DNA of 64,000 bases from a virus, in UHGV virus genome UHGV-0112973. One strand, given 5' to 3'. The position numbers and the translations under genes were made by a program. Shown piece by piece: positions 42,187 through 52,658 of this stretch (position 1 is the stretch's first letter; each line of letters opens with the position of its first letter). A model generated the notes under the pieces. It was not told the origin of the DNA, did not search any database, and worked only from the letters and a program-made list of their open reading frames with translations.

Positions 42187-42213
42187 AGCCAAATCAGTGA
42201 TGAAAGGTGTGAT

Positions 42214-43257
42214 GTGAAAGCCGTAATTACTCCCTTTGTACAAAAAGAGCTTGGCGTCGCCACATTCAAAGTGGATCAGGAAGTCAGAAAGCTGGTGGAG
42301 GCTGGCCGTAAATTTATTATGGAGCCGGTGCCGCGTGAGTTAATCGAGCACATGGACGACGGCCTCGTTGTTTCCGAGCAAACTATGGCAACAAATGAGG
42401 CGTTGCAGCCGTTTTTTAACAGCGATGAACTGTTTCGCCGTATTGGTGGAATTGACGCGCTGGTGGCGTGGTTGCGCAGGAAAGAGGGGCAATGCCAGGC
42501 CGCAGATCGTAGCTGGTGTGACAACCATATTGTCCACGCTGAACGAGACAACAGCGCGGTGTTGTTGTGCTGGCATCACGATAATCATTACCGGATGCGT
42601 GGTTTTAATGAGCTGAAAGAAACGCTGCATAATAATCGCGTTAACTGGATACTGGATGTCGCTCGTCAGGAAATGGGCCTTTCTGATGGTCATGATTTAA
42701 GTATTCAGGAGCTGTGCTGGTGGGCTTTCATGCGCAACATGATCCACCTCATGCCGGAAGAAGTCTGCCGTATATCAATAAATAAGGTGAGGGCTGCAAC
42801 GCAGGATAGCGGACCCCTGAAAGAGGCGGATATTCGCCCGTATGACGATCGCGCTACAGCATATGTTCAGATGATGGAAGAACGCGCCGCGCCGATGCGT
42901 GCAAAAGTATGCCCTGTGGATGTTGACTCCGACCCTGGCATGGCGCATTTCAAAATACCAAAACTGCAATCGCTAAAATTACCTGAGTACATGGACTTTG
43001 TTGCTTCCCGTCCATGCTGTGGGTGTGGAGCTGCGGGAGCTGGCGCTCACATTACGCCTTATATCGTTCGTCATAGTCGATTATGCGCGCATGACATTTA
43101 CGCAATTCCTCTGTGCCAGTCATGCCAGCGTGATATTGAGCGTGACCGCGATAATTGGGAGAAGACGCACGGCAGGCTGGCGATGCATCAACGATTGTTC
43201 TTTGATTACGCGCTTGGAGTCGGCGTTATCACAAGTCACTCGTCGAGCGTTAGATAA
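42214..43257 (+). CDS. Cys-rich hypothetical protein (post-doc position)
   Basis: 347 aa, GTG start with AAAGGTG RBS; C-terminal Cys/His cluster. Confidence 0.5.
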   Translation: MKAVITPFVQKELGVATFKVDQEVRKLVEAGRKFIMEPVPRELIEHMDDGLVVSEQTMATNEALQPFFNSDELFRRIGGIDALVAWLRRKEGQCQAADRSWCDNHIVHAERDNSAVLLCWHHDNHYRMRGFNELKETLHNNRVNWILDVARQEMGLSDGHDLSIQELCWWAFMRNMIHLMPEEVCRISINKVRAATQDSGPLKEADIRPYDDRATAYVQMMEERAAPMRAKVCPVDVDSDPGMAHFKIPKLQSLKLPEYMDFVASRPCCGCGAAGAGAHITPYIVRHSRLCAHDIYAIPLCQSCQRDIERDRDNWEKTHGRLAMHQRLFFDYALGVGVITSHSSSVR

Positions 43258-43258
43258 A

Positions 43259-43275
43259 ATTGCTCTAATGTATTG
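43259..43275 (+). promoter_or_regulatory. C1-operator-like site upstream of late-activator gene
   Basis: ATTGCTCTAATGTATTG. Confidence 0.45.
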
Positions 43276-43345
43276 CTATTTCTTTAATCGAGGGTATTAT
43301 ATTCGTCGTTGATTAGTTGACATGGGCTAATCAGTAGGTGACAGG

Positions 43346-43798
43346 ATGTTACTTAACTGGCAGGGACGCCACTTCATGGAAATAAATCACTCACGAATTA
43401 CATCGTATGAGATTGCGGATTACATGATCCGCACTAAATCTCTTCTATCAGCGAAAGAACTCGCAGCAATCCTTGAAAAGGAATACCCGCATCTGGATGT
43501 CGATAAGCGCGATGTTTATCTGCGCTTAAAGGCTATCGCTGTGTCTAAGTATTCGTCTGTTTTGATTGATGACAGTACACGCCCACGTAGATTTCAGATC
43601 CACTCTCTGAATCCTGAATTCTTTCGCCGCAGCCGCGCTCCGCGCCGGTTTGATGAAAAACTCCAGAACGAACTCTATATGACGCAGGACGAAAAGGAAC
43701 GCCGGGAGCACCAGCCTTGGGTAATGGCGCGTCAACTTTTCAATAAGGTGGCCCGTCAGCACCGTCATTACGGTAATGCCACATCCGCACGTATCTGA
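43346..43798 (+). CDS. lpa: late promoter activator Lpa-like protein (start may be the internal Met at 43376)
   Basis: 150 aa ORF just upstream of pacA and preceded by a C1 operator. Confidence 0.55.
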   Translation: MLLNWQGRHFMEINHSRITSYEIADYMIRTKSLLSAKELAAILEKEYPHLDVDKRDVYLRLKAIAVSKYSSVLIDDSTRPRRFQIHSLNPEFFRRSRAPRRFDEKLQNELYMTQDEKERREHQPWVMARQLFNKVARQHRHYGNATSARI

Positions 43799-43883
43799 TT
43801 GATTGCTTGCCCGTTCCGGGCCTTTTGACATGTGACTTTCGTTACCCTCGCGTCAAAAAGAGTTTTTACGAAAGGAAGCATAA

Positions 43884-45077
43884 GTGACCTGGGACGATCA
43901 CAAGAAGAATTTTGCTCGCCTGGCGCGAGATGGTGGTTACACCATCGCACAGTATGCCGCCGAGTTTAATCTTAACCCTAATACCGCACGTCGTTATCTC
44001 CGTGCCTTCAAAGAAGACACCAGGACAGCGGACAGCCGCAAGCCAAATAAGCCAGTCAGGAAGCCACTAAAAAGCATGATCATTGATCACTCTAATGATC
44101 AACATTCCGGTGATCACATTGCGGCTGAAATAGCAGAAAAACAAAGGGTTAATGCCATTGTCAGTGTCGCAGTCGAGAATGCGAAGCGCCAAAATAAGCG
44201 CATAAATGATCGTTCTGATGATCATGACGTGATCACCCGTGCCCACCGGACCTTGCGTGATCGCCTGGAACGCGACACCCTGGATGATGATGGTGAACGC
44301 TTTGAATTCGAAGCTGGCGATTACCTGATAGATAACGTTGAAGCGCGGAAGGCCGCGCGCGCTATGTTGCGTCGGTCCGGGGCCGATGTTCTGGAAACCA
44401 CTCTTCTGGAAAAGTCTCTTTCTCATCTCCTTATGCTGGAGAACGCCAGGGATACGTGTATTCGCCTGGTGCAGGAAATGCGCGATCAGCAAAAAGCCGA
44501 TGATGAAGGTACTCCGCCTGAATACCGTATCGCGAGCATGCTAAACAGCTGTTCCGCGCAGATAAGCAGTCTGATCAACACCATTTACAGCATCCGGAAT
44601 AACTATCGAAAAGAAAGCCGGGAGGCGGAAAAGCACGCTTTGTCTATGGGGCAAGCTGGCATTGTTAAGCTGGCATACGAACGAAAGCGTGAAAATAACT
44701 GGTCAGTGCTGGAAGCAGCTGAATTTATCGAGGCGCATGGCGGGAAAGTGCCGCCCCTGATGCTGGAGCAAATCAAAGCCGATCTGCGTGCTCCTAAGAC
44801 CAATACCGATGATGAGGAAAGGCAAACTGCCGTCGGTGGTCCTTCTCTTGAAGATCTGGACAAAGTTGCGCGAGAACGGGCCGCCAACCGCCGCGCCGAT
44901 GCCGCATTGTGGATTGAGCAGCGTAGGGAAGAAATCGCCGATATCGTTGATACAGGCGGTTATGGAGATGTTGATACTGAAGGTGTATCAAACGACCCAT
45001 GGCTGGAACAAGACCTGGACGAAGACGAGGAGGAAGACGAAGAAGTTACCCGCAAGCTATACGGGGATGATGATTAA
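43884..45077 (+). CDS. pacA: terminase small subunit PacA
   Basis: 397 aa, GTG start; recognised as P1 PacA; contains the pac site. Confidence 0.93.
   Translation: MTWDDHKKNFARLARDGGYTIAQYAAEFNLNPNTARRYLRAFKEDTRTADSRKPNKPVRKPLKSMIIDHSNDQHSGDHIAAEIAEKQRVNAIVSVAVENAKRQNKRINDRSDDHDVITRAHRTLRDRLERDTLDDDGERFEFEAGDYLIDNVEARKAARAMLRRSGADVLETTLLEKSLSHLLMLENARDTCIRLVQEMRDQQKADDEGTPPEYRIASMLNSCSAQISSLINTIYSIRNNYRKESREAEKHALSMGQAGIVKLAYERKRENNWSVLEAAEFIEAHGGKVPPLMLEQIKADLRAPKTNTDDEERQTAVGGPSLEDLDKVARERAANRRADAALWIEQRREEIADIVDTGGYGDVDTEGVSNDPWLEQDLDEDEEEDEEVTRKLYGDDD
44077..44272 (+). promoter_or_regulatory. pac: pac packaging site (clusters of TGATCA/G hexamers with Dam sites)
   Basis: Four TGATCA elements at 44077-44115 and TGATCG/TGATCA elements at 44205-44272. 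Confidence 0.8.
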
Positions 45078-46561
45078 TGGCCAGAAGTTGCGTAACGGAT
45101 CCACGTTGGCGCGAGCTGGTGGCGCTATATCGTTATGACTGGATTGCTGCCGCTGATGTTTTGTTCGGCAAAACACCTACCTGGCAGCAGGATCTGATTA
45201 TTGAGTCTGTGCAGGAACAGGGTAGCAAGACATCTGTTTCGTCTGGTCACGGTACCGGGAAATCAGACATGACTTCTATCATGATCATGTTGTTCATAAT
45301 CATGTATCCAGGTGCCCGTGCCATTATCGTTGCGAACAAAATTCAGCAGGTAATGACCGGTATATTCAAGTACATCAAGATAAACTGGGCTACTGCCACC
45401 AGCCGTTTCCCATGGCTTGCTGATTATTTTGTTCTGACAGAAACCGCTTTCTATGAGATTACTGGTAAAGGTGTATGGACTGTAGTACCGAAGGGCTTTC
45501 GTCTGGGAAGTGAAGAAGCTCTCGCCGGTGAACACGCAGATCATCTTCTGTATATTATCGATGAAGCCTCCGGTGTCAGTGATAGAGCTTTCGGTATCAT
45601 CACCGGTGCTCTTACCGGACAGGATAACCGCATCTTATTGCTGTCACAGCCTACACGCCCAAGCGGCTATTTCTACGATACACACCATAAACTGGCCAAG
45701 CGTCCTGGTAACCCTGATGGCGTTTATACGGCGATCACGCTTAACAGTGAGGAATCACCGTTGGTAACGCCAGCATTTATCAAAATGAAGCTGGCGGAGT
45801 ACGGCGGGCGTGATAACCCTATGTACATGATTAAGGTACGCGGCCTATTCCCTAAATCACAGGATGGCTTCCTTCTTGGACGTGATGAGGTTGAACGTGC
45901 AACGCGGCGGAAAGTCAAGATTGCCAAAGGATGGGGCTGGCTTGCATGTGTGGACGTTGCTGGTGGTACGGGACGGGATAAGTCCGTTATCAATATCATG
46001 ATGGTGTCCGGCCAGCGAAATAAACGCCGTGTAATCAACTATCGAATGCTGGAATACACAGACGTTACAGAAACGCAGCTTGCCGCCAAAATTTTCGCAG
46101 AATGTAATCCTGAGCGATTCCCCAATATCACCATAGCGATAGACGGCGATGGCCTGGGTAAAGCAACGGCGGATCTGATGTACGAGTATTATGGTATTAC
46201 CGTACAGCGTATACGCTGGGGTAAAAAGATGCATAGCCGTGAAGATAAGAGCCTGTACTTTGATAAACGTGCTTATGCCAATGTTCAAGCCGCAGAGGCC
46301 GTAAAATCTGGTCGTATGAGACTGGATAAGGGTAATGAAACTATTGAGGAAGCGTCGAAAATCCCTGTAGGGATTAACTCCGCAGGTCAATGGAAGGTGA
46401 TGAGTAAGGAGGATATGAAGAAAAAACTCAACCTGCACTCACCAGACCATTGGGATACATATTGTTTCGCTATGCTGGCGGATTATGTTCCCCAGGATGA
46501 AGTGCTTAGCGTCGAAGACGAAGCGCAGGTTGATGAAGCTCTGGCATGGCTTAATGAATGA
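45077..46561 (+). CDS. pacB: terminase large subunit PacB
   Basis: 494 aa; recognised as P1 PacB. Confidence 0.93.
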   Translation: MARSCVTDPRWRELVALYRYDWIAAADVLFGKTPTWQQDLIIESVQEQGSKTSVSSGHGTGKSDMTSIMIMLFIIMYPGARAIIVANKIQQVMTGIFKYIKINWATATSRFPWLADYFVLTETAFYEITGKGVWTVVPKGFRLGSEEALAGEHADHLLYIIDEASGVSDRAFGIITGALTGQDNRILLLSQPTRPSGYFYDTHHKLAKRPGNPDGVYTAITLNSEESPLVTPAFIKMKLAEYGGRDNPMYMIKVRGLFPKSQDGFLLGRDEVERATRRKVKIAKGWGWLACVDVAGGTGRDKSVINIMMVSGQRNKRRVINYRMLEYTDVTETQLAAKIFAECNPERFPNITIAIDGDGLGKATADLMYEYYGITVQRIRWGKKMHSREDKSLYFDKRAYANVQAAEAVKSGRMRLDKGNETIEEASKIPVGINSAGQWKVMSKEDMKKKLNLHSPDHWDTYCFAMLADYVPQDEVLSVEDEAQVDEALAWLNE

Positions 46562-46563
46562 AT

Positions 46564-46580
46564 ATTTGCTCTAATAAATT
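46564..46580 (+). promoter_or_regulatory. C1-operator-like site after pacB
   Basis: TTTGCTCTAATAAATTG. Confidence 0.45.
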
Positions 46581-46899
46581 GTGTTTTTTAGCTACCGATG
46601 TTACATTGAACCTGACCTCTTGCGCCTTGTGGCATTTTCGGTTTATGCTTATCAGGCACCTCATTAAAACGGGTGCCGGGATTGGCCTCCCGCTTAAGTC
46701 TAAGGCGATACAGACGCCGCTCGCGTCTTTTTTTGTATCGGCGTACACGCACACCTCTACAATGGTGGGCTGTATGGGGCTACCTTCGGGTAGGCTGGTT
46801 ACCTTGGACGCCAGTAAGGCCAACTCCGTACAGTCCACCGCCAGCAAGATTGGTCTCTTCTGCGGTGGTTACATACCAACGTCTAAGGAGGCTGCCAAT

Positions 46900-47121
46900 A
46901 TGGCTACTATCCCTACCCCAACTCATCCTGAATTTATCTGGCGCTTTTACTCCTGCCAAAAACGTCACTATCACTTCGTTATTGCACCGACAGAAGATGA
47001 GGCACGTTCTCAGCTTCCTGACGCCCCATGTATTTTCTCTGCCCGTTTTTCCACTGATTCACGCAATTCTCTCAGTTACTGGTGCCTCCCTGTTAACGCT
47101 TCTGCTCAGGAGGGACTATGA
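46900..47121 (+). CDS. small protein translationally coupled to the antirepressor-like gene (icd-like position)
   Basis: 73 aa; AAGGAGG RBS; stop overlaps next start (ATGA). Confidence 0.5.
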   Translation: MATIPTPTHPEFIWRFYSCQKRHYHFVIAPTEDEARSQLPDAPCIFSARFSTDSRNSLSYWCLPVNASAQEGL

Positions 47122-48230
47122 GAACATCGTTAGTTACCCGTGAAGAGATGATCGAGGCAATTGAACAGCACACTGCCTGTATCAGTACCAGGGATATACC
47201 TGGCGTTATTGCCAACTACTTCATGATCACCAAACAACTTTACCGGAGAAAGGACAAACACGCGGTTCACCGCATTCTGCTAACCGATATCCGTGAATAC
47301 CTGCTCGAACAGGGTCATCTAAATTACGCAACCGTCGCAGCCGAAGCACGCAAGGAGGCACACAGAATGAAAGCAACTAACGTTAAATCAGAAAAAATTT
47401 ATGCACCTTCAGTTCAGGAATCGGAACTGGTGGTTGTTCAGAATCAGCCGGATGAAATTCCCGTTCTGGAATGGCAGGGAGTACGTGTCGTGACAACCGA
47501 AACTCTTGCTAGAGGGTATGGGGTCGATGAAGCCAATATTCGCAACAATTTGTCTCGCAACCTTGACCGCTTTGAAGAAGGTAAGCATTACTTTCTTCTA
47601 ACTGGTTTAAAATTAAGAGAATTTAAGAACAGAGTAACCGGAAGTTACTCTGTTGGTAAGAACGCCAGAAGCCTTACACTCTGGACAGAGCGCGGCGCTG
47701 CACGCATGTCTAAGATCGTGGACACAAATGAAGCATGGGCATTCTTTGAAAAACTGGAAGACAGCTACTTCCGGCAAAAAGAACAGCAACCGGTTGCAAT
47801 CCCCCAAACATTACCAGAAGCCCTACGCCTGGCTGCCGAACTGGCTGAACAAAAGCAGCTTCTGGAACAGAAAGCCCACCAGCTAAATCAGCAGCTGGTG
47901 GCCGCCGCTCCTAAAGTCGATTTTGCCGACCGGGTATCAGTAGCTAAAGGGATCCTGATTGGGAATTTTGCAAAGGTTGTTGGACTTAAGCAAAACGCGC
48001 TGTTTGCCTGGTTACGGGAGAACGGCATCCTGATAGCGTCCGGTGGACGTAAAAATGTGCCGTTCCAGCAGTACATCAATGCGGGGTATTTCACGGTGAA
48101 AGAAGTGGTGCTGGATGATGAAGATGGCTACCAGATACGGTTGACGCCTCAATTAACGGGTAAAGGCCAGCAGTGGTTGACGCGTAAACTGCTCGATGCT
48201 GGCTTGTTAAAACCGGTGGCGGCTGAATAA
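47118..48230 (+). CDS. antirepressor-like protein (ORF6N-like N-terminal and KilAC/Ant-like C-terminal domains)
   Basis: 370 aa; ...VVTTETLARGYGVDEANIRNNLSRNLDRFEEGKHYFLL... and ...FAWLRENGIL...YINAGYFTVKEV. Confidence 0.6.
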   Translation: MRTSLVTREEMIEAIEQHTACISTRDIPGVIANYFMITKQLYRRKDKHAVHRILLTDIREYLLEQGHLNYATVAAEARKEAHRMKATNVKSEKIYAPSVQESELVVVQNQPDEIPVLEWQGVRVVTTETLARGYGVDEANIRNNLSRNLDRFEEGKHYFLLTGLKLREFKNRVTGSYSVGKNARSLTLWTERGAARMSKIVDTNEAWAFFEKLEDSYFRQKEQQPVAIPQTLPEALRLAAELAEQKQLLEQKAHQLNQQLVAAAPKVDFADRVSVAKGILIGNFAKVVGLKQNALFAWLRENGILIASGGRKNVPFQQYINAGYFTVKEVVLDDEDGYQIRLTPQLTGKGQQWLTRKLLDAGLLKPVAAE

Positions 48231-48262
48231 TGGAAGAATGCCCGGTTGATGCCGGGCATAAT

Positions 48263-49114
48263 TTATTGCGCGCTTTCGGGGTTGTCGTTTACTGGCTGCC
48301 CCTTCTTGGTTTTACGGCTGCGCGTAACTGATGCGGCTGATTTGACCTTTTTCTCTTCGCGAGTGATGGCAATTTGTTTTTTTACATTTTCAATATCTGC
48401 CAGGCGATATATTTTTGCCTGCGGCCAGCGGTCGCAGATGATCGGTTCTATAGAGTCATAAAGGCTAAATTTTGCTTTTTCGAATTCACCGTTGATGATG
48501 ATTCCATCACGGAGAGTTTCATCGCAGATAAACACGCCACACAGCGGTACATGGTAACTAACTGATTTACCATCATTGTAGTTAGGGCTACTGGAGATGT
48601 AGTGGACGCGCAGCATTGTTTCGCTAAAGCCGTGTACACGCATACGGAATTTTTCATCCTCCGGGTACTGCCTCATTAGCTCTTTTGTTGCTTCCAGGTT
48701 CTCTATGTATTTCGCACTGTGCTCATTGATCCCCGCGCTTTTTTGGATGCGAATGTCCTTATCAATCAGATGAATAATGCGGCCAGCGGTCATGTTGACG
48801 CTGTTCACAGCTTCTGTCTGATAAGTTGTAACCTTGCGCACACCGCGAAGGATGTTAGGCACTGGATATAAAATAGTCTTTGGGATATTGAGGTCTGGGT
48901 ACTGTTCCAGTTCCCGCGCCATTAAAGTCCATTTATCAATTTCAGCCTGAATGCTGTCAGTTTCTTTGAACGGTAGAACGACAACCGGGCGTACAGGACG
49001 ACCGTCGCTGGCTGTATCAACGTGTTGGGCGCGTGCAACAGCTTTTTTTAGAAAGAGATCCCTGAAGCTGACGAACTCCTGGTACAGTTGTTCGCCGTAG
49101 ACATAATTTATCAT
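48263..49114 (-). CDS. c1: C1 repressor of lysogeny
   Basis: 283 aa; recognised as P1 C1. Confidence 0.93.
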   Translation of the reverse strand: MINYVYGEQLYQEFVSFRDLFLKKAVARAQHVDTASDGRPVRPVVVLPFKETDSIQAEIDKWTLMARELEQYPDLNIPKTILYPVPNILRGVRKVTTYQTEAVNSVNMTAGRIIHLIDKDIRIQKSAGINEHSAKYIENLEATKELMRQYPEDEKFRMRVHGFSETMLRVHYISSSPNYNDGKSVSYHVPLCGVFICDETLRDGIIINGEFEKAKFSLYDSIEPIICDRWPQAKIYRLADIENVKKQIAITREEKKVKSAASVTRSRKTKKGQPVNDNPESAQ

Positions 49115-49224
49115 TGATCCTCCTCCAGAATTGACATGGTCAATAACGCCCGGCTGAGAAAACCGGTCATTACTGACCTATATTATAGAGGGATCAAACA
49201 AAAATAATAGATTTATTAGTGCAT

Positions 49225-49434
49225 TTATTGTGAGTCCAACTGGTTAGTTGCCATGAGATATTCGATTGTGTCAGTGAGGTCATCCAGGTCGTCTTGGGTG
49301 ATGCGGTACTCCTGATTGGATATCTTTGAGTAGTGTTCAGCAATGGCGCGGGCAGCGTCGGTTTCGGCAGGGTCTACAGATAAAGCGTTAGAGCAATGTC
49401 TAACGTCGTCGATGGTTGGTTGAATGAAAGCCAT
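49225..49434 (-). CDS. coi: C1 inactivator Coi
   Basis: 69 aa immediately upstream of c1, same strand, as in P1. Confidence 0.7.
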   Translation of the reverse strand: MAFIQPTIDDVRHCSNALSVDPAETDAARAIAEHYSKISNQEYRITQDDLDDLTDTIEYLMATNQLDSQ

Positions 49435-49674
49435 AATTATGCCTCACTGTATTGACAACACAGAGCCTGAAGCTCTGACCTACTGTTTCACCCATGATCC
49501 ATGCTGGGGTAATCTAACAACATTGCGCTGTGTGTAAGATGAGCAATGCATAGCTGTAATGCCGTTGTATAAGGTTTCCCTGTTTGCTCATTTCCTTCTG
49601 AGCCGCTCTACAACGCTGAAGACACATTAAATAGTGAATCCAAAGTCGTATTACGTAACGTCGGCAAAACTATA

Positions 49675-49772
49675 ATTTATTAGAGCAATTGTCAAACAAC
49701 TATGAAAAACAATCCAGTTTTTAGCTGGTGGAGTGGGATTTTTCTCTCAAAATTTATTGCTCTAATAATTCT
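49675..49772. promoter_or_regulatory. immC control region with C1 operators
   Basis: AATTTATTAGAGCAAT at about 49675 with TATAAT, and ATTGCTCTAATAATTCT at about 49756. Confidence 0.55.
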
Positions 49773-49814
49773 TGATTTTTATGCGCAGCTGGACGTAAAC
49801 TCCTCTTCAGACCT

Positions 49815-49848
49815 AATAACTTCGTATAGCATACATTATACGAAGTTA
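49815..49848 (+). other. loxP: loxP site-specific recombination site
   Basis: ATAACTTCGTATA-GCATACAT-TATACGAAGTTAC; 33/34 to canonical loxP, outermost base of right arm is C. Confidence 0.93.
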
Positions 49849-50038
49849 CCTTAAGGGTTATTGAACATGATCAATTTACCTGTAAATCCATACAGTTCAA
49901 TACCTTATCAGGTCAAATAGTGATCACTTGATCATTTGATCAAGGTTGCGCTACGTAAAATCTGCGAAATGTTGGCAGTGTTAGTGCTCCAGATTTCGCG
50001 TAGCGCACTTAGCACCACCAATCAATCAGAGGTGAAAA

Positions 50039-50260
50039 ATGGGATATTCAGCTGCTAAAGTGTCCACTCATATTGAGCTTGAGAAAAACCGTGGTTACTG
50101 GCGGGCAAAAGGGTTTGATCGTGATAGTTGTCAACTGTCATTATCGCGCGGTGAAGAGAAAATAGAACGCACGCGCGGTCGCTGGCGTTTCTATGACGAG
50201 AACCATAAACAGGTAAAGGCAGAGCCGATCCTGTACACTTTACTTAAAACCATTATCTGA
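50039..50260 (+). CDS. small ORF upstream of cre
   Basis: 73 aa; RBS AGAGGTG; Dam-site-rich leader. Confidence 0.45.
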   Translation: MGYSAAKVSTHIELEKNRGYWRAKGFDRDSCQLSLSRGEEKIERTRGRWRFYDENHKQVKAEPILYTLLKTII

Positions 50261-50267
50261 GTGTTAA

Positions 50268-51299
50268 ATGTCCAATTTACTGACCGTACACCAAAATTTG
50301 CCTGCATTACCGGTCGATGCAACGAGTGATGAGGTTCGCAAGAACCTGATGGACATGTTCAGGGATCGCCAGGCGTTTTCTGAGCATACCTGGAAAATGC
50401 TTCTGTCCGTTTGCCGGTCGTGGGCGGCATGGTGCAAGTTGAATAACCGGAAATGGTTTCCCGCAGAACCTGAAGATGTTCGCGATTATCTTCTATATCT
50501 TCAGGCGCGCGGTCTGGCAGTAAAAACTATCCAGCAACATTTGGGCCAGCTAAACATGCTTCATCGTCGGTCCGGGCTGCCACGACCAAGTGACAGCAAT
50601 GCTGTTTCACTGGTTATGCGGCGGATCCGAAAAGAAAACGTTGATGCCGGTGAACGTGCAAAACAGGCTCTAGCGTTCGAACGCACTGATTTCGACCAGG
50701 TTCGTTCACTCATGGGAAATAGCGATCGCTGCCAGGATATACGTAATCTGGCATTTCTGGGGATTGCTTATAACACCCTGTTACGTATAGCCGAAATTGC
50801 CAGGATCAGGGTTAAAGATATCTCACGTACTGACGGTGGGAGAATGTTAATCCATATTGGCAGAACGAAAACGCTGGTTAGCACCGCAGGTGTAGAGAAG
50901 GCACTTAGCCTGGGGGTAACTAAACTGGTCGAGCGATGGATTTCCGTCTCTGGTGTAGCTGATGATCCGAATAACTACCTGTTTTGCCGGGTCAGAAAAA
51001 ATGGTGTTGCCGCGCCATCTGCCACCAGCCAGCTATCAACTCGCGCCCTGGAAGGGATTTTTGAAGCAACTCATCGATTGATTTACGGCGCTAAGGATGA
51101 CTCTGGTCAGAGATACCTGGCCTGGTCTGGACACAGTGCCCGTGTCGGAGCCGCGCGAGATATGGCTCGTGCCGGAGTTTCAATACCGGAGATCATGCAA
51201 GCTGGTGGCTGGACCAACGTAAATATTGTCATGAACTATATCCGTAACCTGGATAGTGAAACAGGGGCAATGGTGCGCCTGCTGGAAGATGGCGATTAG
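50268..51299 (+). CDS. cre: Cre tyrosine recombinase
   Basis: 343 aa; matches remembered P1 Cre essentially throughout. Confidence 0.98.
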   Translation: MSNLLTVHQNLPALPVDATSDEVRKNLMDMFRDRQAFSEHTWKMLLSVCRSWAAWCKLNNRKWFPAEPEDVRDYLLYLQARGLAVKTIQQHLGQLNMLHRRSGLPRPSDSNAVSLVMRRIRKENVDAGERAKQALAFERTDFDQVRSLMGNSDRCQDIRNLAFLGIAYNTLLRIAEIARIRVKDISRTDGGRMLIHIGRTKTLVSTAGVEKALSLGVTKLVERWISVSGVADDPNNYLFCRVRKNGVAAPSATSQLSTRALEGIFEATHRLIYGAKDDSGQRYLAWSGHSARVGAARDMARAGVSIPEIMQAGGWTNVNIVMNYIRNLDSETGAMVRLLEDGD

Positions 51300-51316
51300 C
51301 CATTAACGCGTAAATG

Positions 51317-51333
51317 ATTGCTCTAATTCTTTG
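51317..51333 (+). promoter_or_regulatory. C1-operator-like site upstream of cra
   Basis: ATTGCTCTAATTCTTTG. Confidence 0.4.
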
Positions 51334-51349
51334 ATATTTATGGTGACAT

Positions 51350-51661
51350 ATGAGAAAGGATTTCAACATCGACGGAAAATATGTAGTGCTGTCTGTAAGC
51401 ACTAATATTCAGTCGCCAGCCGTCATTGTCACTGTAAAGCTGAGCGATAGAATGCCTGATATTGATTCAATATCCGTTGCGTTCCCTGTCAAAAGTATGC
51501 GTGGTGCTGAACATTTCGTGATGAATGCCACCGAGGGAGAAGCACGGCGCGGTTTTGCTAAAGTGATGTCTGAGTTTGGCGAATTTTTGGGGCACGTTGA
51601 CAAAGCCCTCTCAATCAGTTCAGCAAGGTCCAAAGCGTTAACAGCTTCCATGATGAAATAA
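51350..51661 (+). CDS. cra: cre-associated protein Cra (by position)
   Basis: 103 aa ORF between cre and ref. Confidence 0.55.
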   Translation: MRKDFNIDGKYVVLSVSTNIQSPAVIVTVKLSDRMPDIDSISVAFPVKSMRGAEHFVMNATEGEARRGFAKVMSEFGEFLGHVDKALSISSARSKALTASMMK

Positions 51662-51686
51662 AAAAAAGCCTGGCAAGGAGCCAGGC
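51658..51686 (-). terminator. minus-strand-oriented intrinsic terminator between cra and ref
   Basis: A-run then gcctgg-caaggag-ccaggc; U-tract only on the minus strand. Confidence 0.4.
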
Positions 51687-51792
51687 TGCACAAAAGAGCG
51701 GGTTTGTATTCCGCATCCAATCAATCAAGAAGGAGTATAGCACACAGGTACTGAAGTGAAAAAATGTGATTCGCGATAAATAAACAACTTTA

Positions 51793-51816
51793 ATTGCTCT
51801 AATTTGTTGCTATAAT
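51793..51816 (+). promoter_or_regulatory. C1 operator plus -10 element of ref promoter
   Basis: ATTGCTCTAATTTGTTG followed by TATAAT (51811-51816). Confidence 0.5.
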
Positions 51817-51875
51817 TGAGTCGCAGTTTTTGTCAACTACGAAGACGTTGCCATTACTTCACTCCTTGACATCAT

Positions 51876-51902
51876 AGGCGGCCATTAGGCCGCCTTTTTT
51901 TT
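51876..51902 (+). terminator. strong intrinsic terminator/attenuator in the ref leader
   Basis: aggcggcc-atta-ggccgcct plus T8, ending 6 nt before the ref ATG. Confidence 0.55.
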
Positions 51903-51908
51903 GACCAT

Positions 51909-52469
51909 ATGAAAACAATCGAACAAAAAATTGAACAGTGCCGCAAGTGGCAGAAGGCAGCCAGAGAACGAGCGATCGCTCGGCAACGGGAGAAGTTGGC
52001 TGATCCGGTCTGGCGAGAATCTCAATATCAGAAAATGCGGGATACTATCGACCGCCGTATCGCTAAACAGAAAGAGCGCCCACCAGCCAGCAAAACGCGG
52101 AAAAGCGCGGTAAAAATAAAATCTCGTGGCTTGAAGGGGAGAACACCAACGGCGGAGGAACGGCGCATCGCCAATGCTCTTGGCACTCTCCCCTGCATTG
52201 CCTGCTATATGCATGGAGTAATATCTAATGAGGTGTCTCTGCACCATATCGCCGGTCGTACCGCGCCGGGTTGTCATAAAAAGCAATTGCCACTTTGTAG
52301 ATGGCACCACCAGCATGCAGCACCGGCTGAAGTAAGAGCAAAATACCCCTGGCTGGTCCCTGTTCATGCCGATGGTGTGGTTGGAGGCAAGAAAGAATTC
52401 ACCCTGCTGAACAAGTCAGAGATGGAGTTACTGGCTGACGCCTATGAGATGGCAAACATCATGCACTAA
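51909..52469 (+). CDS. ref: Ref, HNH-type recombination enhancement nuclease
   Basis: 186 aa; recognised as P1 Ref. Confidence 0.93.
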   Translation: MKTIEQKIEQCRKWQKAARERAIARQREKLADPVWRESQYQKMRDTIDRRIAKQKERPPASKTRKSAVKIKSRGLKGRTPTAEERRIANALGTLPCIACYMHGVISNEVSLHHIAGRTAPGCHKKQLPLCRWHHQHAAPAEVRAKYPWLVPVHADGVVGGKKEFTLLNKSEMELLADAYEMANIMH

Positions 52470-52658
52470 TAAATATATTATTTTTAATGATAAATGATTG
52501 ACAACTGACAAGTGACTTCAGTCAGAATCATCACATGCCCGGTACGGATGGATCCCTTTTCAAATATTCCATGGACGGCACAGTCTGAGTACCGGGCGCT
52601 ACCTTCAGTTGTATTGCTAAGCCGCCGCTGGTGGCTTTTCTTTTTTGTAGGGGGCGCT

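Noticed and set aside
46558-47121. 187-aa plus-strand ORF after pacB
   Set aside because: Only the last 73 codons have an RBS and coupling to the downstream gene; the upstream part is probably non-coding leader.
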